From positions 246,795 through 310,794 of the forward strand of contig JBAXNN010000001.1 of assembly GCA_037133755.1 (NCBI GenBank): a stretch of DNA of 64,000 nt, written 5' to 3'. The notes under the pieces were generated by a model. The model ran no database searches. It was not told the origin of the DNA and worked only from the letters and a program-made list of their open reading frames with translations. Each line of letters begins with the position of its first letter. Position 1 is the stretch's first letter. This stretch comes from Thermoleophilia bacterium (GTDB lineage: Bacteria; Actinomycetota; Thermoleophilia; Gaiellales; F1-60-MAGs149). A program made the translations under genes and the position numbers. Below are positions 47,810-57,265 of the stretch, piece after piece.

Positions 47810-49162
47810 GTGCGTCGTCGTCTGATCGTCCCCGTTCTCGTCCTTCTTGCCGCGTTCGTCCTGGTCGTCCCGGCCGGTGCCGCGCAGCAACCGACGGCAC
47901 GCGATGTGACCAAGCCCTTCTTCGGGCACGCCATCCCCGCTCCAGGTGTCGAGCTGTCGAACATCCCGCTGTTCAACGACGCGACCGGGACACCGAAGGC
48001 GATCGCTGAGTCGATCAAGGTGACCGGCAATGCCAATGGTGTGGTGACCGCCGAGGTGGTGCTGAAGGCGAGCACGGGTAGCACGCTGAACGCGACGATG
48101 ACGTGGGAGAGTCAGGGTCACTGGCAGATTTATGTGGCCGCCAACTCGGCGCCGGGCGCGCCGTCCGCGAACGCGACGGCGGTGAATCTCGATCATGTGA
48201 GCGGCTCGATCAAGAACATCGGCGGCTCGCCGCACGTCAACTTGACCCTGAGCGGCTACACGCTCGGTAACGCGACGTTCGACGTCTTGCTCTATGCGAA
48301 CAAGGGTGGCTTTGAGGGCTCGGCCGAGGTGAAGGACCTCGTACTCGGTGGAACGACGTACCGAAACGCGAAGATCACCCTGTCGACGCTGTCCCCGCAG
48401 ATCCGCCTCGAGGGAACGATGCAGTCGAGCATCGGCACCTTCACCACCGACTCATGGGTGAGCGCCCCCGGCGGTGCGTACGAGATTCAGCTGCATGTCA
48501 CTGGAGCGGACCTGGTGTTCAAGACGGCGACCTTCCAGATCACCGCGTTCCACTTCACCCTGAAGACCGCGATCCCGGCGAGTGGCAATGCGTCGTACGT
48601 CGTGTCCTCCGCCACGGCAGGCGGTACGCTCGTCATGAAGAAGACGACCTACACCCTGCACGACATCTCACTGAAGATGGCCGGCGGCAGCGTCACCGAG
48701 TTCGGCTTCAAGATCCACATTCGTCATGAGAAGTCGCCCTCGGAGATCTACGACGGAATGCTCGAAATGCGCCTCGACGGCGACGGCGGCACCTTCGAGG
48801 AGATGACGCAGGGCAGAAACGACAACGGTTGGCAGCTCGCCTCGGCGGAGAAGACCTATTCCAAGGCGCTGCTCGGGCAGGTGGTCCTGGCCAAGACACG
48901 GAAGTTCTCCAAGAAGTACAGTGGCAAGCGCTTCGAGAGGAGCGTCACGATCGGCCTGACGTTCGGCGTATCGGTGTACAAGACTTCCTCGTCGTCGGCG
49001 TACAACGCGTACATCGGCGCCGGCGGAGGGTTCAAGGCCGACCGCGTCTCGGGCGGCTTCGGCTGCACCTTCGCCACTGAGAGCACGAACTTCTCGTGCC
49101 TCGGCACGATCCGCATCAACCCGAGGTGGGCAGGCATCTATCGCTATACCTGGGAGGTCTAG
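47810..49162 (+). CDS. Secreted beta-strand-rich hypothetical protein
   Basis: Signal peptide (PAGA-A); Thr/Ser/Gly-rich alternating pattern; TACATT box 6 nt before GTG. Confidence 0.7.
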   Translation: MRRRLIVPVLVLLAAFVLVVPAGAAQQPTARDVTKPFFGHAIPAPGVELSNIPLFNDATGTPKAIAESIKVTGNANGVVTAEVVLKASTGSTLNATMTWESQGHWQIYVAANSAPGAPSANATAVNLDHVSGSIKNIGGSPHVNLTLSGYTLGNATFDVLLYANKGGFEGSAEVKDLVLGGTTYRNAKITLSTLSPQIRLEGTMQSSIGTFTTDSWVSAPGGAYEIQLHVTGADLVFKTATFQITAFHFTLKTAIPASGNASYVVSSATAGGTLVMKKTTYTLHDISLKMAGGSVTEFGFKIHIRHEKSPSEIYDGMLEMRLDGDGGTFEEMTQGRNDNGWQLASAEKTYSKALLGQVVLAKTRKFSKKYSGKRFERSVTIGLTFGVSVYKTSSSSAYNAYIGAGGGFKADRVSGGFGCTFATESTNFSCLGTIRINPRWAGIYRYTWEV

Positions 49163-49207
49163 GAGCTGTCGCGCGCGGTGCTGCGGCGGTCCTCAGACGA
49201 CGGGAGC

Positions 49208-50086
49208 TCAGGTGTAGATGCGGCGCACGAGTTCGAGTGGCGTGGTCAGCCACGCCCCAAGCCCGCGGAGGCGCGACAACACCTCGTCGTAGATGATGGC
49301 CTCTGCCTCGGCATGCTCGCCGGCGAATCGCTCGACGGGGATGCTCAGGGCGGCGGCACCACCGGCGTCGAGGAGCGTGCTGAGTCCCGGATCGGGTGTA
49401 TCGCCGAGGAGGGGTACCTCAATCCACTCGGCGGCGCGCTCGGCCGCTGCGTCGTAGCCACGCGTCGGAAAGGCGGTGCCCCGGCGAAAACCAGGGCGGG
49501 CGGCGAGCTGGATGCCGGCCGGCGTGTCCAGCGCGAACCCGAGCGCGCGAACCTGTGCCTGCTCTGCCGGCTCCAGGAGATCGATGGAGCGCAGCGCTGA
49601 CTGCACCTGATGCGCCCGCTCGATGGTGGCGAGACGCTCGTACGGCGCCAGCGACGGCTCCTTCGGACCGCGCGACAGTCGCCCGCGCAGGCCGCCGCGC
49701 TCCTGCTCGAAGGGGCGCGCCTCGTGCGCGAGCGCGATCGCGCACGTCGTGCCCTCGGGCCACGGCGGGGAGATGCGCAGGCGCTCGGCGCGAATCCAGT
49801 CGGCGACCTGCGCGCGGACGGCATCGACGGGCGTCGCCCAGGGATCCTGCGACGCGGTGCTCGTCAGATGCCGAAAGGCGAAGGCGAGCGGATCGGTATC
49901 GGCGGGGAGCGCGGCCTCCCAGGCGGCCGGGGCGCCAGGCAGTGCCGCATTCGGCCACTCGAGGACGACACTGCCGGTGCGCACGACCTGTACCCCGCTC
50001 GAGGCGAGCAGGTCGGTCAGGGTCGCTGAGGCGCGGGCTCCGATCGCTGGTGCGCCGCCGATCGCGAGCTGTACCGCCTCCTTCAC
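49208..50086 (-). CDS. Hypothetical protein, possibly a degenerate polysaccharide deacetylase-like fold
   Basis: PWPEG..CAIALAHE, GFRRGT.FP, EVPL, GAWLTT; GTGA overlap with the GT2 gene. Confidence 0.5.
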   Translation of the reverse strand: MKEAVQLAIGGAPAIGARASATLTDLLASSGVQVVRTGSVVLEWPNAALPGAPAAWEAALPADTDPLAFAFRHLTSTASQDPWATPVDAVRAQVADWIRAERLRISPPWPEGTTCAIALAHEARPFEQERGGLRGRLSRGPKEPSLAPYERLATIERAHQVQSALRSIDLLEPAEQAQVRALGFALDTPAGIQLAARPGFRRGTAFPTRGYDAAAERAAEWIEVPLLGDTPDPGLSTLLDAGGAAALSIPVERFAGEHAEAEAIIYDEVLSRLRGLGAWLTTPLELVRRIYT

Positions 50087-51051
50087 CGATGCACTCCGTG
50101 CGCAGCATTCCACTCGTCGGCGCTCTCGCGCAGACCCGGGCCGGTGGGGCCGTGCAGGGCGTTCTGCACGTGAAGGTCGAGCTCGGCACGCGGCAGACTC
50201 GGCGAGAGACGACGCAGCGGACCCGGCAGCTTGGGCAGACGCGATAGGCCACTCAGCGCCGAGTACTGGCCAGCCAGGGCGAGGCGTGCAGCGTCGCCGC
50301 CGGTGCCGGGGTGGTGCTTGGCCCAGTAGCGGCGGCGGCTGCGCCAGAACTCGACGATCCGGCGCGAAGGATCGGCCGACGTGGAGGCACGCACGTGGTG
50401 GCGCACGGTGGCCTGAGGCACGACGTGCGTCTGGAACCAGCGATCGGCGAGCCGCTTCTGCAGGTCGGTCTCCTCCGAGAACATGTAGAAGCCCTCGTCG
50501 AACGGCCCCGTCAGCTCGATCGCGGACCGCCGCAGTACGAGTGCACAGCCGCTGGCCCAGTCGACCGCAGCCGGGGCGCCGGTGACGCGCTGCTCGATGC
50601 CAGCCTGACCGAGCGTGGCGAGACTCCGCAGGCAGGTGGCCGGATCGGGAAAGCGAAAGGCCGAGGGCTGGTGCCGGCCGTCGGGATAGACGATGCGCGG
50701 CGCCGCGACGGCAACCTCGGGATGCGCATCGAGGTACCCCACGAGCGCGTCGATTGCACCCGGCTCGGCCGTGGCGTCATCGTTGAGGAGGAAGTGATAC
50801 GGCGCGTCACTCCGCGCGAGCAAACGGTTGTGGTTGGCGCCGAACCCGTCCCGGAAGTCCTGGGCGACGAGGTCGACGTCGGGAAAACGCTCGCGTACCG
50901 CGTCGCACGTGCCGTCCTCAGAGGCGTTGTCGAGCACGTGGAGCGTGTGCTCGACGGTGGGGCGCCCCGGCCCGGTCAGTGCAGCCAGTGCCTCCATCAG
51001 GAGGTCGCGGTTGCTGTGGGCGACGATGGCGACGGCGAGCTTCGCGCTCAC
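50083..51051 (-). CDS. Family 2 glycosyltransferase (WbbL-like)
   Basis: LDNASEDG, GFGANHN, LLNDD, DWASGC, FDEGFYMFSEETD. Confidence 0.92.
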   Translation of the reverse strand: MSAKLAVAIVAHSNRDLLMEALAALTGPGRPTVEHTLHVLDNASEDGTCDAVRERFPDVDLVAQDFRDGFGANHNRLLARSDAPYHFLLNDDATAEPGAIDALVGYLDAHPEVAVAAPRIVYPDGRHQPSAFRFPDPATCLRSLATLGQAGIEQRVTGAPAAVDWASGCALVLRRSAIELTGPFDEGFYMFSEETDLQKRLADRWFQTHVVPQATVRHHVRASTSADPSRRIVEFWRSRRRYWAKHHPGTGGDAARLALAGQYSALSGLSRLPKLPGPLRRLSPSLPRAELDLHVQNALHGPTGPGLRESADEWNAAHGVHR

Positions 51052-52160
51052 CGCTCGAGACCCCGCTGACGCAGCTCGTCCATGGCCTGGTCGACGCGGT
51101 CGTCGGCCTCCTGGCCCGCAAGCCACTCGGCAAGCTGGCCGAGCCCGGTGCCGACCTCCATCGCCGCGCGGAAGTCGAGCAGCTCCGCGGCGCGGGTGGG
51201 GTCACCGATGCAGTGGCGGATGTCACCGGCGCGGTACTTGCCGACGATCTCCGGCTCGATCGCGAGGTCGAGGCCCTTGGCGAGGCCGTGCGCCACATCG
51301 ACGACGCTGGAGGGCTGGCCCGTGCAGACGTTGAGCGCGGCGCCATCCGCATCGGACTCGACCGCGAGGTGAAACGCGCGCGCGACGTCGGTGACGTGGA
51401 CGAAGTCGCGGGTCTGTGCGCCGTCTTCGAAGGCGACGGGTGCATGGCCGTTGAGCAGGCGGCTCGCGAAGATCGCGGCAACCCCCGTGTACGGATTGCC
51501 GAGCGCCTGCCGCGGCCCGTAGACGTTGAACAGGCGGAGCGCGAGCGTGGGCACGCCATAGGCGGCACCAACGGAGAGGCAGAGCTCCTCATGGTCGCGT
51601 TTCGTGACGGCGTAGACACTGGTCGGCAGCAACGGCTTGGTCTCGGCGGTGCGCTCGGGCAGGAGGAGATCGCCGTCGGCGGACTCAACCTCCCAGCGGC
51701 GCTCGGCCAGCTGGGTCTCGGGGCGCAGGCCCGGGGCGAGGCCGTGTTGACCCGTGCGTTCGTTGCGGTACTGGCCCTCGCCGTAGATCGACATCGACGA
51801 TGCGACGACGAGTCGGCGCACGCGATCGCGACGCTCCACGAGCTGCTCGAGCATCGCGGCACAGCCGACCGAATTGACCTCGACGTAGCGGCGGATCTCG
51901 TACATCGACTGGCCGACGCCAACGGCGGCTGCGAGGTGCACGACCGCATCGGCATCGTCCATTGCCTTGCCGAGCGCTTCCTCGTCACGGACGTCGCCGA
52001 CGATCAGCTCGACGTTGGGGTCGAGGTAGTCCGGCGGTCCGCTCGGGTGGACCTGCGGATCGAGGCAGTCAAAGGCCCGCACCTCATGACCGGCCGCGAG
52101 TAGCCGATCCGCGAGATGCGATCCGATGAATCCGGCTCCGCCTGTGACCAGCACGCGCAT
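51048..52160 (-). CDS. NAD-dependent nucleotide-sugar epimerase/dehydratase (extended SDR)
   Basis: TGGAGFIG, HLAA, SS, YAVTK, FNVYGP, RDFVHV. Confidence 0.93.
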   Translation of the reverse strand: MRVLVTGGAGFIGSHLADRLLAAGHEVRAFDCLDPQVHPSGPPDYLDPNVELIVGDVRDEEALGKAMDDADAVVHLAAAVGVGQSMYEIRRYVEVNSVGCAAMLEQLVERRDRVRRLVVASSMSIYGEGQYRNERTGQHGLAPGLRPETQLAERRWEVESADGDLLLPERTAETKPLLPTSVYAVTKRDHEELCLSVGAAYGVPTLALRLFNVYGPRQALGNPYTGVAAIFASRLLNGHAPVAFEDGAQTRDFVHVTDVARAFHLAVESDADGAALNVCTGQPSSVVDVAHGLAKGLDLAIEPEIVGKYRAGDIRHCIGDPTRAAELLDFRAAMEVGTGLGQLAEWLAGQEADDRVDQAMDELRQRGLER

Positions 52161-52202
52161 ACCCGCATGGTACGGGGAGGATGCGCGGTGTGCGCCTCTG
52201 GG

Positions 52203-53693
52203 CTAGCGGCCGCGGCGCGCGAACACGGTTGCAGCGCCGCTGACCGTCCAGATCGGATCGAGCGCCTGGACGTCGGCGTGCTCCTGGCCGATGATCGTGA
52301 TCGCCTCGCCGGTCCGGATCGCCTTGCGGGTCATGCTGACGGCATCGAGCACCACGACGGTGCCGCCGCGGGCCTGGAAGCGCTTGATCGCGGTGTAGAG
52401 GGATTCCGTCCAGACCGGCGCGTTGCCGATGATCAGCACCTTCGTCCGGGCTGGCACGCCACCTTCCTCGATCGCCATGTCGGTGATCGCGCCGACCTTT
52501 CGACGCGTTGCCGCGCGCGCGTCGGCGCTAACGCGGCCGAGAGCGGCGAGGTCGGCCGCGCTCCCGGTCGGCAGCGGGCGATCGAGCGCGAGTGGTGCCG
52601 GCGGAACGTCGGGGAAGCCCGACAGGTCGGCATCGGTAGGATTGGCAGCCTGCCAGGAGTAGAGCGGCTCCATCACGAGTACCGGTGCGCCGCCCGGGAT
52701 GGCGTTCGGCGTCCACGCCTTCCAGCCGCCACCCTTGATCTGAATCGCGTAGAAGCCGGCCGGCGCGGGCGGCAGCTTGGCGGCACCGGGAGCACCCTTG
52801 GCGCGAGCGATCACCTCACCTGGGAACGAGCGGCCGGGGCGCTGGCGGATCAGGGTCACCTCGGCGAGCAGCGTCTGGGGCTTGAGCGATTGCGTCAGCG
52901 CGACGGTCTCCACCCCAACGACCTGCGCGGGCGCGAGTTCGTTCGGCTTGACGACGCTCGGTGCGATGACGAGGTTGCCGCCACGATCCTCGGCGGTCCA
53001 CCCGACGATGTACGAGCCAGGGCCGACGAATTGCCCGACCTTGTCGAGCGGCAGGTTGCCGACATCGGCCGACCAGTGCAACGTCTTGCGGAGCTGGAAC
53101 TGCAGTGCCGTCTCGCGCCGCAGCAGACGTGCTGCACCGGAGGGTTGGATCTGGTTGACCATCAGGCGGAACTTGACGGGCTCGTCCGCGTCGAGGGTGA
53201 AGCTGTACGAGCCGGACGAGCCCTCGAGCCCAGGAGCGATGCGCTGGCCGGGTTTCGCGTCGGACTCGATCGTGGGGGCGGTGGCGTCGAGGATGATCGC
53301 GTCGGGGATGCGGATCGTCCGCTGCTGCCGGGCGAGGCGGATGGCGAAGCGGTACGGGCCGTCAGGTGCAAGCTTGCCGCTCGCGAGGCGCCCGTCCCAC
53401 GTGGCCCGGATGCGGCGTCCCTTCTGCGTGGTGTCGGCCTGGGCGATCGTCTGGTCGTCCGTATTGAAGATCACGACGGTGGCGCGGTCCGCCTTGCGCA
53501 GGCCAACGTTCAGTGTCGCCTGGCGCCGGCTGGCTTTGAAGGCGTTCGGCGAGAACGTCGGGCTGATGATCGTCGGCGCGATGATCGGCGACGGCGCGCT
53601 CTTCAGCACCTGCGACCGGAAGAAGACGACAGCCGCCCCTGCCACCAGCAGCAGCATGAGGAGAGCAGCCAGGATCCGCAGGGGTCGCTCCAC
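52203..53693 (-). CDS. Exported protein with FlgD-type Ig domain
   Basis: TM/signal peptide; FSPN, WDGR...G..APDG.Y, D.TAP; C-terminal alpha/beta region (P.YSWQA.N). Confidence 0.65.
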   Translation of the reverse strand: MERPLRILAALLMLLLVAGAAVVFFRSQVLKSAPSPIIAPTIISPTFSPNAFKASRRQATLNVGLRKADRATVVIFNTDDQTIAQADTTQKGRRIRATWDGRLASGKLAPDGPYRFAIRLARQQRTIRIPDAIILDATAPTIESDAKPGQRIAPGLEGSSGSYSFTLDADEPVKFRLMVNQIQPSGAARLLRRETALQFQLRKTLHWSADVGNLPLDKVGQFVGPGSYIVGWTAEDRGGNLVIAPSVVKPNELAPAQVVGVETVALTQSLKPQTLLAEVTLIRQRPGRSFPGEVIARAKGAPGAAKLPPAPAGFYAIQIKGGGWKAWTPNAIPGGAPVLVMEPLYSWQAANPTDADLSGFPDVPPAPLALDRPLPTGSAADLAALGRVSADARAATRRKVGAITDMAIEEGGVPARTKVLIIGNAPVWTESLYTAIKRFQARGGTVVVLDAVSMTRKAIRTGEAITIIGQEHADVQALDPIWTVSGAATVFARRGR

Positions 53694-53703
53694 GGCGCCA
53701 ATC

Positions 53704-54183
53704 CTAGAGGGGATCGTCGTCGTCGGGCGTGGCGTCGGCCGACTGCTCGAGCAGTTTGCGCGCCGCGTCGCGCAGTCCGCGTAGCACCGCGAGGGCCTCG
53801 GGCCAGGCGGCATCGGGCACGATCAGGTGATCGCGCGAAGCCGTACCGACGAGGACGATCGGCACGTTCCGCTCCGCCAGCGCACCGCTGATGGTCGAGG
53901 CGAACCCGACGAGCTCCGACGGCAGCTCGGCGACGAGCAGGATGACCCGCAGCCCGTCTTGGCGCGTGTCGGCGGGTGGCAGCTCGTTGGCGAGCGAGGT
54001 CCGCAGGACGAACGTGGTTTCCAGTGGGTCGTCGATGCGCGCGCCAAAGCCCTCAGCGAGCAGCGCCTCGGGTGACGGCGGTGCCGAGCCGCGGCCGTAC
54101 CCGAGCAGCGAGAACTCATGCTCGAGGATCATCGGGTCGAGCGCCGCGAGAGCGTCGACGAGGAGCGACGAATCGTGCTGCAC
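53704..54183 (-). CDS. ACT-domain protein (ACT_7/CASTOR-like)
   Basis: ETT.V, LVGF...ISGALAERNVPI, RDHLIVP. Confidence 0.75.
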   Translation of the reverse strand: MQHDSSLLVDALAALDPMILEHEFSLLGYGRGSAPPSPEALLAEGFGARIDDPLETTFVLRTSLANELPPADTRQDGLRVILLVAELPSELVGFASTISGALAERNVPIVLVGTASRDHLIVPDAAWPEALAVLRGLRDAARKLLEQSADATPDDDDPL

Positions 54184-54199
54184 GGGCGGAGCCTACCGC

Positions 54200-55270
54200 C
54201 TAGGGCAGAGTGGGCAGTGCCTCAGGCCGCAGCACGTCGAGATAGCGCAGGCTACGGAACGAGACCTCGCCCTCGCCACGTGTCGGCTGGCCGACGCCGC
54301 GGGTCACGAGGCGGCGCAGGAGTGGTTCGGGCAGATAGCGGTAGAGCCGCTGGATGCGGTTGAGCTTGGTGTAGCCACCGAGATGCTCCTCGTGGAGAGC
54401 GCGGTAGCGACGTCGCGTCTCGTCGGCCGTCAGCGTTCCGGTCAGGGCGGCGTTGACGAGACGGCCGGCACCCGCGCCGAAGAACACGGCGGGACGGATG
54501 CCCTCGAGGGTGATCGGCAGTGCGTGGCCGGCGGCATCGCCGGCGAACAGCACGTTGCCGTCGACGGGCGTGCGTGGCACGCAGGCGATCGCGCCGCCGT
54601 GGTGTTCGCGACCGGGCCCGAGGTCGTCGCGCGCCCGGAGCTTCGTCATGGCCGGTTGCAGCGGCTCCTTGATGAACGAGCCGACGCCGGCGCGCACGTG
54701 ATCGCCCGCGGCGAACGACCAGCCGTAGCCCGAGCGCAGAAGCGATTTCTCCAGGTAGAACTCGAAGCCGTCGGCCTGAGGCGCCAGTTCGGTCGGCACG
54801 TGATCCTCGGTCCCGATCACGAGCCGCGCCTCACGGCCCTCGGTCGCGCCGGCGGCGTCGAGCACGCGGCGCCAACCGGAGGCGTCAATCAGCCATTCGG
54901 CCGTCAGCCGCTGACCGTCGGCGCCCACCACCGTCGAGCCCTCGCGGCCCGTCACGCGCACGCGCTCCACGCGGGCGTCGCTCTGCGCGGCGAGCAGCAG
55001 ACAGGCGCGCTCGTAGTCGATCACGCCGAAGGCCTCGGGCAGGCGCACGTCCCAGCGCTCACGTCCGACGCTGATGTGCATCAGCGAGTCCTCGTAGAGG
55101 ATCGCGTCCTCGATGCCGAGCCACGCTGCGATGCGCACCGGCAGGGCGCAGGCCGAGGTCTGGTGTGCACCAATCGGCGACCGGTCCACGATCAGCACGT
55201 CGCGACCGCGCAGCTCGCGTGCTGCGGTGAGCCCCGCAAACGACCCGCCGACAATCAGAACTTCGGTCAT
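54200..55270 (-). CDS. Geranylgeranyl reductase-family FAD oxidoreductase
   Basis: GGSFAGL, SAC, IDASG, GYGWSF, AGVG, AGDAAG...PITLEGI. Confidence 0.8.
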   Translation of the reverse strand: MTEVLIVGGSFAGLTAARELRGRDVLIVDRSPIGAHQTSACALPVRIAAWLGIEDAILYEDSLMHISVGRERWDVRLPEAFGVIDYERACLLLAAQSDARVERVRVTGREGSTVVGADGQRLTAEWLIDASGWRRVLDAAGATEGREARLVIGTEDHVPTELAPQADGFEFYLEKSLLRSGYGWSFAAGDHVRAGVGSFIKEPLQPAMTKLRARDDLGPGREHHGGAIACVPRTPVDGNVLFAGDAAGHALPITLEGIRPAVFFGAGAGRLVNAALTGTLTADETRRRYRALHEEHLGGYTKLNRIQRLYRYLPEPLLRRLVTRGVGQPTRGEGEVSFRSLRYLDVLRPEALPTLP

Positions 55271-56449
55271 CTACGCAACGGTACGTGCTGCCGCTGCACC
55301 GGCGCGTCGCCCGAAGACGCAGATGTCGAGCAGCGAATTGCCCATCATGCGGTTGCGGCCGTGCACGCCCCCCGTGATCTCCCCGGCCGCCCAGATGCCC
55401 GGCACCGTCGTGGCGCCGTCGCCATCGATCACGAGCCCGCCGTTTTGGTAATGCAGGACGGGGTAGACCGGAAGCAGTTCGGTGAGCGGGTCGAGGCCGG
55501 CCTTGCGGTAGCGGCGCAGGGTGTAGGGAAACGACGTCTCGGCGTCGGCCGGATCGACGGGCGAGCAGTCGAGATGCACGGCGGGGCGACCATCAGGCGT
55601 CGTGATGCCCCGGCCCTCGGCACACTCGCGGATGATCGCCTCGGCGACGACATCGCGCGGAGAGAGCTCGTCGATGAATTGCTGGCCGTTGGCATTCAGC
55701 AGGCGCGCACCGTACGCACGTGTCGTCTCCGGCACGGCGTAGCCGGCCAGCGACTCGGGCCAGGCGGCGCCGGTCGGATGGCGCTGGAGCGAGTCGTGAT
55801 CGCGCTCGGCACACCCGGCAGCGACAGCGAGCTCGGCAACTTCTCCGGTGGCGCCATCGCCGTTCGTGGAGAGCTCACCCGTCTCGGCGGCGACGCGCTT
55901 GCAACGACCGCCGGCGGCGAGGATGATCGCCTGCGGGGCAAGCTCGATGCGCTCGCCGCGGTGGTCCAACACCGCATGGCCGGGGGCGAGCTCGACGAGC
56001 GCAGCGTGATCCAGCACCTCGATGTCGCGTTCGCCGACCGCCTGGCGCAGCGCGGTGGCAATCGCCAGGCCCGTCTGATCGCCGACCTGCAGCAGGCGCT
56101 TGCGGGTCGCGCCGCCGCAGCGTGCGACACGGAGCGTGCCGTCGGCTTCGCGGGTGAAGCCCACGCCAAGGTCCTCGAGCCACGCCACGGTGGCGGGACC
56201 CTCCTCGGCGAGCACGCGCGCGAGCTCGGGGTCGGCGGTGTCGTGCGACGAGCGCATGAGGTCTTCGAAGTGCGTCTCGACCGAGTCGTCGGGACCGACC
56301 GCGGCCTGAATGCCGCCCTGGGCCTTGGCCGTGTTGCACGAGGCGACACCGAGCTTGGTCGCGATCGTCACGGACGCACCTGCGTCATACGCGGAGATCG
56401 CGGCGGCCAGCCCGGCCCCACCGGAGCCGATCACGAGGATGTCGGACAT
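55271..56449 (-). CDS. L-aspartate oxidase/succinate dehydrogenase-family flavoprotein lacking the C-terminal domain
   Basis: GSGGAGL, AQGGI, Q.HPT, PRDVV, HYQNGG, AAGE, HG.NR..GNSL; ends immediately after VFGRRAG. Confidence 0.85.
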   Translation of the reverse strand: MSDILVIGSGGAGLAAAISAYDAGASVTIATKLGVASCNTAKAQGGIQAAVGPDDSVETHFEDLMRSSHDTADPELARVLAEEGPATVAWLEDLGVGFTREADGTLRVARCGGATRKRLLQVGDQTGLAIATALRQAVGERDIEVLDHAALVELAPGHAVLDHRGERIELAPQAIILAAGGRCKRVAAETGELSTNGDGATGEVAELAVAAGCAERDHDSLQRHPTGAAWPESLAGYAVPETTRAYGARLLNANGQQFIDELSPRDVVAEAIIRECAEGRGITTPDGRPAVHLDCSPVDPADAETSFPYTLRRYRKAGLDPLTELLPVYPVLHYQNGGLVIDGDGATTVPGIWAAGEITGGVHGRNRMMGNSLLDICVFGRRAGAAAARTVA

Positions 56450-56459
56450 CGCGTCCAGA

Positions 56460-57230
56460 CTAGCCGTCGAGGCCGAGGATCAGCGACAGCGTGTCGCTCC
56501 TCAGGCCGCGGCGCAGTGTCTCGAGCGGGATGACCTCGTCCGGCGGGATGTTGCCGAGGTTGACGTCGGGACCGAGGTGCTTGATGAACCACGCCTGCTG
56601 CGACTTCTGCGGCGCCTCGAATAGGAGGTTGGAGACATCGAGCTCGTGGGCGATCTCGTCGATCAGACCACTGCGTACCTCACCGGTGGTGCGGAAGATG
56701 CCGGCGGTACCCGACTCGCGGGCCTCGGTGATCACCTTCCAGGAGCCCGCGGCGAGCTCCTCCCTGATCCATTCGACCCACTGGTAGGGGGCGAAGATCT
56801 CCTCGGCGTCCTTGGAGCCAACCTCGCTGAGAACGCGGAAGTCCTTCGCGAACAATTCGATCAGCTCGAGCTTGCGCTCGCGCGACATGTCGATCGTGCC
56901 GTCGGAGACCTCGACGCTGGTGAAGCCCTGGTCGGAGAGCCACTGGCGATAGCCGTCGATGCGGCCACGTGCCTCGGCGACCTCGAGTAGCGTGCCGCCG
57001 CAGACGACCGGAATGTCGAGTTCCTTGTAGAGATCGAGCTTCTCGCGCAGCTTGCCGGTCACGTACGACGTGCCCCACCCGAGCTTGACGATGTCGATGT
57101 AGTCACCGCTCATCTCGATCATCGAACGGACGGCGTCGAGGCCAAGTCCCTTGTCCATCACGTGCGTGATACCGACGGTGCGGGGCTTTGCCACCCGCGG
57201 GGGAAGGCCGAGGAACTCAGCGGAATCCAT
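56460..57230 (-). CDS. comA: Phosphosulfolactate synthase (ComA family)
   Basis: KPR..GIT.VMDKG, KLGWGT, GGTL.E, EVSDG, SEVGSK, EARESG, FEAP, NLGNI, LETLR.GLRSDT. Confidence 0.93.
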   Translation of the reverse strand: MDSAEFLGLPPRVAKPRTVGITHVMDKGLGLDAVRSMIEMSGDYIDIVKLGWGTSYVTGKLREKLDLYKELDIPVVCGGTLLEVAEARGRIDGYRQWLSDQGFTSVEVSDGTIDMSRERKLELIELFAKDFRVLSEVGSKDAEEIFAPYQWVEWIREELAAGSWKVITEARESGTAGIFRTTGEVRSGLIDEIAHELDVSNLLFEAPQKSQQAWFIKHLGPDVNLGNIPPDEVIPLETLRRGLRSDTLSLILGLDG

Positions 57231-57265
57231 AAGGGAACCCTATCAGCAGTATTTGCTCAGTCGAT

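Noticed and set aside
56460-57230. comA as evidence of coenzyme M biosynthesis or alkene metabolism
   Set aside because: None of the downstream com or xcb genes is present in the window, and ComA homologs occur widely in non-CoM contexts.
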